Below, in pieces: positions 35,989-51,254 of a stretch of 51,254 bases of DNA. A model generated the notes under the pieces. The model made no database searches, had not been told where the DNA came from, and worked only from the letters and a program-made list of their open reading frames with translations. The first letter of the stretch is position 1, and each line of letters starts with the position of its first letter. The position numbers were made by a program, and so were the translations under genes. The DNA comes from Candidatus Xenobia bacterium (GTDB taxonomy: Bacteria > Vulcanimicrobiota > Xenobia > Xenobiales > QWHO01), in assembly GCA_045863235.1 (NCBI GenBank), contig BTUM01000057.1:1-51254 (forward strand). Reading direction: 5' to 3'.

Positions 35989-38331
35989 ATGAAGAAGCTG
36001 CTGCTCGCCCTCCTGCTCTGCCTGGCCAGCCCCCTTGTGGCCCAGGATTCGCCCGACCCCTGGCCCAAGACGGCCCAGGCGGCCGGGGCTACCTTCACCA
36101 TGTATCAGCCCCAGCTTGAAAAGTGGGATGGGGTCACCTTCGTGGGTCACGCGGCGGTGGCCGTGCAGCCTTCGGGGTCTGAGCAGCCCACCTACGGTGC
36201 CATCAACCTCAGCGCCAGCACCCAGGTGAATCGCGTTACCCGCACGGTGCACTTCGACAACGTGGCCGTTACTCGGGTCAACTTCCCGTCTGCCCCGGAT
36301 CAGGCAGCCACCTATCAGCAGGCTCTTCAGGGGTTGCTCCAGGGCAAAGAGTCCGTAATGCCCCTGGATCGCCTGGAGTCCGAGCTGGCCATCCAGGACG
36401 CTCAAAACCAGGCTCGGGCGGTACCGGTGCTGAACCCGGTTCCCAGCATTGTGTTTGCCACTCAACCCACCGTGCTGGTGACTGTGCAGGGCCAGCCCAG
36501 TTGGGGCCTGGTGACCGGCACCACTCTACAGCGCCTCATCAATACCCGGGCCCTGGTGCTCAAGGATGCCTCCGGAGCCGTCTACGTGCACGTGCTGGAT
36601 GGCTTTTTGCAGGCCCCCGGGTTGTCCGGTCCCTGGATGGTCTGCGACCAACCTCCCGCCGACGCCGCGACGACTGCGCAAAAGCTGGCGACTGCAGGCG
36701 TGGTCGACTTGTTGCAGGCGCCCCCCGACACGACCGACCCCCCGACTCTGGCCAGCCATCCCCCTCAGGTTCTTGTGGCCACCAGTCCTACCGAATTGAT
36801 TGTGACTCAGGGTCAGGTTCAGTGGCAGCCCCTGGATGGCACCAACCTGCTCTACATCTCCAATACCAGCGGCAACGTTTTCAAGAGTCTCACCGACCAG
36901 CAGACCTATGTGCTGGTCACGGGACGCTGGTTCCGGGGCCCCGGGCTGGCCGGGCCCTGGCAGTACGTGGATGCGACCCTGTTGCCAGCAGACTTCGAGA
37001 CCATCCCCGACGACAGTCCCAAGGAGAACGTCAAAGCCTGCATTCCTGGCACGGTGCAAGCCCAGGAGGCGTTGATCGCCAACCAGATCCCCCATACCGC
37101 CACGGTGACTGCAGGTCAGACGACCTTCATTCCCCAGTTCGACGGAACGCCGACCGTAGTTCCCATTCGGGGCACCTCGTTAAGCTACGTGGCCAACAGC
37201 CCGACTCCCATTCTGGTCCTCCAGTCAGGCCAGGTCTATGCCTGCTCCAACGGAGTGTGGTTCCAGGCCGCCCAGGTGAAGGGCCCGTATACCGTGGCTC
37301 GCTCGGTGCCAGCCGTGATCTACTCCATTCCTACCAGCTCTCCGTTGCACTATGTGACCTACGTAAAAGTCTACAACGCCGATTCTGGCCAGGTCGTGGT
37401 GGGATATACTCCCGGCTACATGGGGTCGGCCGTGGACAGCGACGGCGTGGTGGTTTACGGCACCGGCTACGACTATGATCCCTACGTGACCGACGATGTC
37501 TGGTATCCTGTTCCGACCACCTACGGCTACGCCGCCAACATGGCCTGGACTCCAGGCACCGGCTGGGCCTTCGCCATGGGCATGGGCTGGGGGATCGCCG
37601 CTTCCAACTGGTACGACTGGGGCTGGGGCACCATGCCCTACTGGGGCCCCTGGGGCTATCACTACTGGGACCGCGGCGCCTATGTCGGGGCACGGGGAGC
37701 GGCTTACTGGGGCCCGGGTGGCTGGGCCTCCACCACCGGCAACGTCTATTCACGCTGGGGCAACACCGGCGTGGTGACCCGCGACTCGGCAGGCTTCAAC
37801 GCCTGGACCGGCAACCAGTGGAATACCCACGTGGGAGCCTCTTACAACTCGACCACCGGACGGATTTCGGCCGGGCAGAGCGGCACGGTGCAGAACGTCT
37901 ACAGCGGCAACTGGGCCAGCGGCGCCCGGGGAGGCACCTACAATCCGACCACCGGTCGGGTCACGACCGCCGGCGCGGCCACCGGCTCACAGGGTAACAC
38001 CATTGCCGGCGGCACGACCTACAATCCGCGCACCGGTACGGGCACCGGAGTGGTGGACGTGAACAACAACGTCTACGCCGACCACAACGGCAACGTCTAT
38101 CGGAACACCGACAGCGGGTGGGAGCACTACAACAACGGCAGTTGGAACGACGTCAATCGCCCCGACCTGAACGCCCAGGCCCAGGCTCGCAGTTGGGGAG
38201 AGCAGCGTTCCAGCTCGTTTGGAGACTTCGGTGGCTACGGCGACCGCTCGGGCTTCGGGCAGCGTTCGGGCTTCTCGGGTCGAGCCGGTGGATTTGGAGG
38301 CTTCGGGGGCTTCCGAGGGGGCCGGCGTTAA
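35989..38331 (+). CDS. Large secreted hypothetical protein with a Trp/Gly/Tyr-rich C-terminal half and an RGG-like tail
   Basis: Signal peptide MKKLLLALLLCLASPLVA; 780 aa. Confidence 0.85.
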   Translation: MKKLLLALLLCLASPLVAQDSPDPWPKTAQAAGATFTMYQPQLEKWDGVTFVGHAAVAVQPSGSEQPTYGAINLSASTQVNRVTRTVHFDNVAVTRVNFPSAPDQAATYQQALQGLLQGKESVMPLDRLESELAIQDAQNQARAVPVLNPVPSIVFATQPTVLVTVQGQPSWGLVTGTTLQRLINTRALVLKDASGAVYVHVLDGFLQAPGLSGPWMVCDQPPADAATTAQKLATAGVVDLLQAPPDTTDPPTLASHPPQVLVATSPTELIVTQGQVQWQPLDGTNLLYISNTSGNVFKSLTDQQTYVLVTGRWFRGPGLAGPWQYVDATLLPADFETIPDDSPKENVKACIPGTVQAQEALIANQIPHTATVTAGQTTFIPQFDGTPTVVPIRGTSLSYVANSPTPILVLQSGQVYACSNGVWFQAAQVKGPYTVARSVPAVIYSIPTSSPLHYVTYVKVYNADSGQVVVGYTPGYMGSAVDSDGVVVYGTGYDYDPYVTDDVWYPVPTTYGYAANMAWTPGTGWAFAMGMGWGIAASNWYDWGWGTMPYWGPWGYHYWDRGAYVGARGAAYWGPGGWASTTGNVYSRWGNTGVVTRDSAGFNAWTGNQWNTHVGASYNSTTGRISAGQSGTVQNVYSGNWASGARGGTYNPTTGRVTTAGAATGSQGNTIAGGTTYNPRTGTGTGVVDVNNNVYADHNGNVYRNTDSGWEHYNNGSWNDVNRPDLNAQAQARSWGEQRSSSFGDFGGYGDRSGFGQRSGFSGRAGGFGGFGGFRGGRR

Positions 38332-38332
38332 A

Positions 38333-38689
38333 CTAACTCCCGTCTTCCTGGTCCATGATGGTAAGCTCGGCCTCGAAGCGCTCGCGTTTGGCAAGTCGCT
38401 CGGCCTGCACATGCTCAGACTCCACGTGGCTGATGTGAAAGCCAGGGGGGAGGGCGTCGAAGAGAGCCCGCACGTACTCCAGCGACTCGGCCGGGGCCAC
38501 CTCCTTCACCCGGGTCAAGAGCTCGCCCCGCCCATCGGTCTCGTAGTGGACGAAGCCCAGCGAGCGTAAGTCGGCTTCGGTGAGGCCCCCGGGAAACTCG
38601 CCTTCCAGTCGGACCTGGCCGCCCTCGACCAGCACCCGAGCCACCTCCTGGTTGTTCGAGTCGCTGATGGACACGACCATGGCCTTCAC
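38333..38689 (-). CDS. Hypothetical protein
   Basis: 118-aa ORF overlapping the stop of the upstream PGI-like gene. Confidence 0.7.
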   Translation of the reverse strand: MKAMVVSISDSNNQEVARVLVEGGQVRLEGEFPGGLTEADLRSLGFVHYETDGRGELLTRVKEVAPAESLEYVRALFDALPPGFHISHVESEHVQAERLAKRERFEAELTIMDQEDGS

Positions 38690-39918
38690 CGGGCTGCTCC
38701 CAGGTGCAGGGGGTGCTCGTCAAAGGCGCTGGCTTCTCGAGCCAACTCGGCCAGAGCGTTGCTGCGCTGGAAGAACGCGCACAGCGCTCCCAGGTGGAAG
38801 GCGTCCAAACGGGGCAGGCCGATGGTTAAGTATCCGTCACTGGCCTGGCTTGCGATCGCCTGAGCGCGCAACCGGGGGAAGAGCTCGGCCAGTTTCTGGC
38901 CCGCCAGGGCAGCGGCAGCGGGCCAGCCAGGAACCTCGGGCACGGTGCTCTCATTCTTTACAACCTCGAGGGTGAGCACGGTGTTCAGGGTCTTCTCCCG
39001 ATTGTGGCGTTGCCAGGGCTCGATCATCCAGCGGTCGGAGTTGAGCCCGGCCCGGGTGGGCAACAGGGAGCCGCCGGCCAGCAGGTAACGCCACAGATTG
39101 GCCAGCCCCTCCCAGCGCGGGCCCTCGGTCCACAGCAGCTCCACCGTGCGCCCGGCCTCGATGGCTGCCAGGCGAGTCGTCGCGTAGGCCATGGCGGGGT
39201 TCTCCTCGAGCGATTTGGATTCCATTCCACGAATTTGAGAGCGAGCCCCCTCCGCCACCTGCAGCACGTCGAAGCCGCAGGCCGCCAGGGGCATCAGGCC
39301 GGCGGCTGTGTACATTGCCGAGCGTCCGCTCAGCCCGGGTGATACCGGCAAGAGACGATACCCCTCGTGCCCGGCCAGTTGGATCAGCTCGCCGCAGTCG
39401 CCGTCGGCGGCCACGACGATACGGCGCTGGGCTTCGGCCGGGCCGTGCCGCTGGCGCACCAGCTGGCGTACCAGGGCGGTGGCGGCGGCCGTCTCGGCCG
39501 AGAGCGGGCCCTGCCCGGCCACGACCAGGCTGAGGCGACGATCGGTCAACTGGCTCAGCTCGCCCAGCGCGTTGGGGTCGAGATTGTCTCCCGCGAAGAG
39601 CACCTCGAATCCGTCGTCCAGGGGCGAGCGCAGGGTTTCCAGCAGTCCGCGGGCGGCCAGCGAGGTTCCCCCGGTGGCCACGAAGATGAGAACGTCGCTG
39701 TTGGCTCTCAGCTCGCTGGAAACGCTCTTGATCTGCTCGATTTCTGCGTCGCGAAGCGAGAAGGGGGCATTGAGGCGCAGGGCCAGGGGACGGCTCGACT
39801 TGAGGATCTCGTCGAGCTTCTCGGGGACCCCGGCCAGCGCGGAGGTTGACGCGAGCCAGCCCTCAGGCAGATGCTCGGTGGACAGGGTGATGAGCGAGCG
39901 TCGCTTGGGTGTGGCCAT
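38686..39918 (-). CDS. Glucose-6-phosphate isomerase-like protein with a degenerate active site
   Basis: Colinear with Bacillus-type Pgi (SDVLIFV, EAQRRI, LEENPAMAYA, LAGQK, AFHLG), but the catalytic motifs are substituted. Confidence 0.8.
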   Translation of the reverse strand: MATPKRRSLITLSTEHLPEGWLASTSALAGVPEKLDEILKSSRPLALRLNAPFSLRDAEIEQIKSVSSELRANSDVLIFVATGGTSLAARGLLETLRSPLDDGFEVLFAGDNLDPNALGELSQLTDRRLSLVVAGQGPLSAETAAATALVRQLVRQRHGPAEAQRRIVVAADGDCGELIQLAGHEGYRLLPVSPGLSGRSAMYTAAGLMPLAACGFDVLQVAEGARSQIRGMESKSLEENPAMAYATTRLAAIEAGRTVELLWTEGPRWEGLANLWRYLLAGGSLLPTRAGLNSDRWMIEPWQRHNREKTLNTVLTLEVVKNESTVPEVPGWPAAAALAGQKLAELFPRLRAQAIASQASDGYLTIGLPRLDAFHLGALCAFFQRSNALAELAREASAFDEHPLHLGAAR

Positions 39919-39980
39919 GGCTTGAAGTCAGTTCCACCTGTCCCGGCCCGCGCCCTGCGGTCGCCCAGGAAATTCCGAAG

Positions 39981-42191
39981 TCAGAAGCCGCGGCCGGGAA
40001 TGCCCATCACGGGCGGAGCTGCATCACTAGCGTCGGCATGCAGCCTGGTCTTGCGGGGACGGGCTGAAAGGATGTTGGCGCTCTGAGCCTTACGCTCGAA
40101 GATCTCGTTGACCTTGCCGCTGTCGATGAGTTGCAGGAAGATTCTCACCGCGTCGGGATCGAACTGAACTCCTGCATTCTTGCGCAGCTCCTCGATCGCT
40201 TGCTCGATCGGCATGCCTTTGCGGTAGGGACGGTCGCTGGTCATGGCGTCGAACGAGTCGGCCACGCAGAGAATACGGCCCTGCAGCGGGATCTGCTCAC
40301 CCTTCAGGCGATGCGGATAGCCGCCGCCGGTCCATTGCTCGTGGTGGTGCAAGATGCCAGGGAATACCTTGTGGAAGGCCTTGACCGGCTGCATGATTTC
40401 CACCCCATACTCGGGATGGCGCTTCATCTCGGCAAACTCCTCATCGGTCAGCCGACCGGGCTTATTCAGAATGTGGTCGCGGATGCGGATCTTGCCGATG
40501 TCGTGCAGCAGCCCCGCGTAACGGATGTTCTCGACGTCGTCGGGAGACAGGCCCATGCCCTCGGCGATCAGCACCGAGTACTCGGTGACCCGCTCGGAGT
40601 GGCCACGCGTGTAGGGGTCGCGGGCGTCGATGGAGTTGGCCAGGGCTTTGATGGAGTTGACGAAGAGATTCTGCAACTCATCGTGCAATTCGGCGTTCGA
40701 GATCGAGACGGCCGCGACCGCCGCCAGGCGGCTGGCCAGAGCCAGGTCTTCCGTGTTGAAGTCGCTACCGTCCTTCTTGCCGCGCACGTTGAGCACGCCC
40801 ACCACCTTGTCCTGGGTGATCAGGGGCACGCACAGGGCCGAGGCCAGATCGGCCGAGGCGGTGAGGTCGTCGTGGTCGTGGCGACCGTGGGGGAGGAGGG
40901 CGGGTTTTCGCTCGAGGGCTACCCGGCCGGCAATGCGCTCGCCCAGCTTGACGCGGGTGCGCTTGATCACGTCGTCGGGCAACCCGTGAGCGATGCGGAT
41001 GGAGAGCTCCTGGGTCTGATCGTCGAGCAACATGACCGAGGCGGCCTTGGCCTCGAGAAGCTCGGTGGCGTGGAAGAGCACCTGGGGCAGGATTTTTTCG
41101 AGCTCGAGGCTGGAGTTCAGGGCGTTGCCGACCTCGTGGAGGGCTTTGAGCTCGTTCACCTGCCGTTTGACCTGCTCATAAAGCTGGGCATTGTCGATGG
41201 CCGAGGCGGCGTGGCTGGCCAGGATCGTGAGTACCTTCAGGTCCTGCTCGGAGAAGTCTCCGCCGCCGCGGCGGCCGCTCAAGTTGAGAACCCCGATGCA
41301 GCGATCCTTGACGATCAAAGGCACGCACATGGCCGATTCGATCTCGTTGGAGGGTCGCTCGAAGCGGGTGTCATCGTCGCGGATGCCCTTTTTGAGCAGG
41401 CGGGGGCGACCTTCCTGGGCCACCCAACCGCTGATACCCTCACCCAGGTTCACCCGGGTGGTGGTCACGATCTGCTCGTCGAGACCCTGAGCCACCAGCA
41501 TCTTCAGCTCGGAGCGTACCTCATCGAGCAGCATCAGGCTGCCGTTCTCGGCTTCGAGCAAGGAGATCGCGTGGTCGAGCACCTTGCGCAGCACCTCCTC
41601 GAGCTGGAGGGTGGAGCTGATGGCGGTGCCCACCTCGTAGAGAGCCGCCAGAGTGGAGAGACTGCGGCTCTGCCGCTGTTGGTCCTGGAAAATCTGAGCC
41701 GTCAGCTCGGCCAGCGAGATGATCATGTCTCGCCCGCGGGCCACGTCCAGGGGCACCGGCGCAGGGTGCTTGAGCAGCGCCTCTTTGAATTCGGGCTCGC
41801 TCATTTGGAGAAGGTTGCACAGTTCCTCGCGCTGGCTGGCCGAGGGGGGCACTTCCCAGACCGGCCCGCCCATCACGTAAGCCAGAACGCGCCCCTCGAA
41901 GACCACCGGCTGGATCAGGAACTGCAGCCTTCCGGGGCCTTCGGCGACCCGAAACACTCCGTTGCTGCTAACGATCATCTGCTTGAAGATGTGCCGCGCT
42001 TCCAGCAGCCGGGGGTGGATGAGATCGCCGGGATGGCTGTAGTGGGCGACCAGCGCCGCTGTCGGGGAACAGACGGTTAGCGACAGCCCGGTGGCCAGGC
42101 TGAGCGTCTGTTGAAACTTTTCCAGGGGTTTTAAGTTGAGGTTCAGATCCAAGCTTTCAATCCCCTGGGTCGCCTCAGCGCCCACTGTCAT
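39981..42191 (-). CDS. HD-GYP phosphodiesterase with a PocR-like and two GAF sensor domains
   Basis: Motifs TRGHSERV, LHDIGK, HHHEQWTGGGYP and DSFDAMTSDRPYR; two GAF repeats (SLMLLD...CVPL...GVLN). Confidence 0.92.
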   Translation of the reverse strand: MTVGAEATQGIESLDLNLNLKPLEKFQQTLSLATGLSLTVCSPTAALVAHYSHPGDLIHPRLLEARHIFKQMIVSSNGVFRVAEGPGRLQFLIQPVVFEGRVLAYVMGGPVWEVPPSASQREELCNLLQMSEPEFKEALLKHPAPVPLDVARGRDMIISLAELTAQIFQDQQRQSRSLSTLAALYEVGTAISSTLQLEEVLRKVLDHAISLLEAENGSLMLLDEVRSELKMLVAQGLDEQIVTTTRVNLGEGISGWVAQEGRPRLLKKGIRDDDTRFERPSNEIESAMCVPLIVKDRCIGVLNLSGRRGGGDFSEQDLKVLTILASHAASAIDNAQLYEQVKRQVNELKALHEVGNALNSSLELEKILPQVLFHATELLEAKAASVMLLDDQTQELSIRIAHGLPDDVIKRTRVKLGERIAGRVALERKPALLPHGRHDHDDLTASADLASALCVPLITQDKVVGVLNVRGKKDGSDFNTEDLALASRLAAVAAVSISNAELHDELQNLFVNSIKALANSIDARDPYTRGHSERVTEYSVLIAEGMGLSPDDVENIRYAGLLHDIGKIRIRDHILNKPGRLTDEEFAEMKRHPEYGVEIMQPVKAFHKVFPGILHHHEQWTGGGYPHRLKGEQIPLQGRILCVADSFDAMTSDRPYRKGMPIEQAIEELRKNAGVQFDPDAVRIFLQLIDSGKVNEIFERKAQSANILSARPRKTRLHADASDAAPPVMGIPGRGF

Positions 42192-42392
42192 TCGTCCGTC
42201 CCTTCCGGGCGCGGATCGACACAACCGCCATGATCCGCACTCAGTCTAGCACGCCCCCCGCACGACGAGCAATAAGACAAATGTGTCCCGGAGTGGTGAA
42301 CCGGGAGGAGATCCTTGGCCTTTATCTCCCACTATTGTGATTCCTTGGGCGCGGAAGGGTTCCTGCAAACCCTTGGCCAAAGGAGTCCCCCG

Positions 42393-43112
42393 ATGGGCTT
42401 CAATACCTCCGGCGACATCGTCTTAGCGCTGCTGCGAAAGGTCCCGCTGTTTGCCGGTCTGGAAGAGGACGACCTGCGGCATCTGGTGCGAATCTGCCAC
42501 CGGAAACGTCATCCCCGCGGCACGGTGATCTTTCAGCAGGGCGATCCGGGCGACGAGTTCCTGATTTTGATCGAGGGCAGCGTCAAGGTCGAGCTGATGA
42601 ACTCGGAAGGCAAGGAGCTCACCCTGACCATCCTGCAGCCCTTCCAGTTCCTGGGCGAGCTGGCCTTGCTCGACGACGTGCCCCGCTCGGCCACCGTGGT
42701 GGCTCTCGAGAACACCACCTTCCTGGTGATCAGCAAGGTGGACTTCTATCGCATGTTGGAAACCTATCCTGGCATCAGCGTGCCGATCTTGAAGCACTTG
42801 ACCCGACGTTTGCGCATCCTGACCGACGACATCGCCAGCCTGGCCTTCATGGATGCCTACACGCGGGTAGCCCGCAAGCTGCTTTCTCTGGCCGAGGACA
42901 TGGGCCAGAAGACCACCGAAGGCCACCTGGTCATCGAGCAGCCGCTCACTCATCAGGAGTTCGCCAATCTGGTCGGAACCACGCGCGAGACGGCCACGAA
43001 GATTCTCAACGAGATGAAAGAGCACGCTTTGATCTCCATCGCGCGTCACAAGATCTCCATCCTCGACCCTCGCGAGCTGGCCGTTCGAGCCAACTTCCCT
43101 TCCTTCAGTTGA
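42393..43112 (+). CDS. Crp/Fnr family transcriptional regulator
   Basis: cNMP-binding motif GELALLDDVPRSATV and HTH THQEFANLVGTTRET. Confidence 0.93.
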   Translation: MGFNTSGDIVLALLRKVPLFAGLEEDDLRHLVRICHRKRHPRGTVIFQQGDPGDEFLILIEGSVKVELMNSEGKELTLTILQPFQFLGELALLDDVPRSATVVALENTTFLVISKVDFYRMLETYPGISVPILKHLTRRLRILTDDIASLAFMDAYTRVARKLLSLAEDMGQKTTEGHLVIEQPLTHQEFANLVGTTRETATKILNEMKEHALISIARHKISILDPRELAVRANFPSFS

Positions 43113-43267
43113 ACATTTCCTGCTGAGGGTTTTGCCCATCTTGTCGGGGGCGCCCGGGTTGAGAATTCATCGCCCGGGTCCACCCGTGGAGCTGGAAGTC
43201 TCGGCGGCTCGAAGCTCGATTCGGCGCCAAAATCCCTGCTCAGATCGGGTCGGTGCCGAGCGGCTCC

Positions 43268-43392
43268 TTGACTCCGGGCCCGGTATTTGTTAGTATCTTA
43301 TCACAACTGAAACCGACACAAGGTACCCTGGCTCAGGTTGACAGAAACCATGGGCTAGGGTATTGACGTGTTCTGGGGGCATTTGGTAGAAT
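43268..43392 (+). promoter_or_regulatory. Tandem sigma70-type promoters upstream of rpoB
   Basis: TTGACT-17-TAGTAT (43268-43296) and TTGACG-18-TAGAAT with extended TG (43363-43392). Confidence 0.65.
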
Positions 43393-43639
43393 GCCTCTTA
43401 CGCCTGGAAAAGCGCACCCGAATTGACGCGAAGGGGTCTCAGGGTTGGCGGATCCTCTCCAAAGTGAGGATTTGCCCGGCAGTTTGGGAGCGAAAGCAGG
43501 CGTAAGGTGGACCCTGAAAGTTTTGACCAGGAATCGTCGCGACAGTCACTAGGTTGGTTTGAGAAGCGAGGCGGGCCCGCAAGGCTGACGCCTGGCTTTT
43601 TGTCATTTTTGCCAGAATAAAACGGAGGAAGCCCACTCC

Positions 43640-47623
<3,984 letters not shown>

Positions 47624-47701
47624 CCCCTGGCAGCGCGCCGCCCGGCGCGCTGCTCGCTCAGGCCATAGCTGCTAGATGATTTAGAAGGAGCCCATCGGAA
47701 C

Positions 47702-51254
<3,553 letters not shown>

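Noticed and set aside
35830..38331. Integrative element at tRNA-Leu or tRNA-Ala
   Set aside because: No integrase and no duplicated tRNA 3' end were noticed in the window.

Overview
GC-rich bacterial chromosome segment. The Terrabacteria-type rpoB/rpoC, Bacillus-type PGI scaffold, Gram-positive-type LexA box and the style of the hypothetical proteins suggest a deep Terrabacteria lineage, possibly Eremiobacterota; this is inference only. The left ~20 kb is accessory. It opens inside a 5'-truncated microviridin-type (graspetide, ATP-grasp RiPP) precursor with at least 15 TxK[YF]PSD[GA]ED cores, coupled by stop/start overlaps to MdnB/MvdC-like and MdnC/MvdD-like ligases and a small secreted protein. 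Toxin-antitoxin remnants, a triple-domain repeat protein, a 1989-aa alpha-2-macroglobulin, DUF1152 and a block of signal-less effector-like enzyme genes follow; three genes in that block share a promoter motif. The rest is mostly housekeeping: cinA-like, ggt, a BoxB-like gene, tRNA-Gly/Thr, rpmG-secE-nusG-rplK-rplA, tRNA-Ala, an RRE-like radical SAM/SPASM locus, nrnA-mtaB-accD-accA-pyk-ftsB-S1, tRNA-Leu, an apparently catalytically dead PGI homologue, HD-GYP, Crp, rpoB and a 3'-truncated rpoC. All family calls come from motif recognition by eye; no database search was run.
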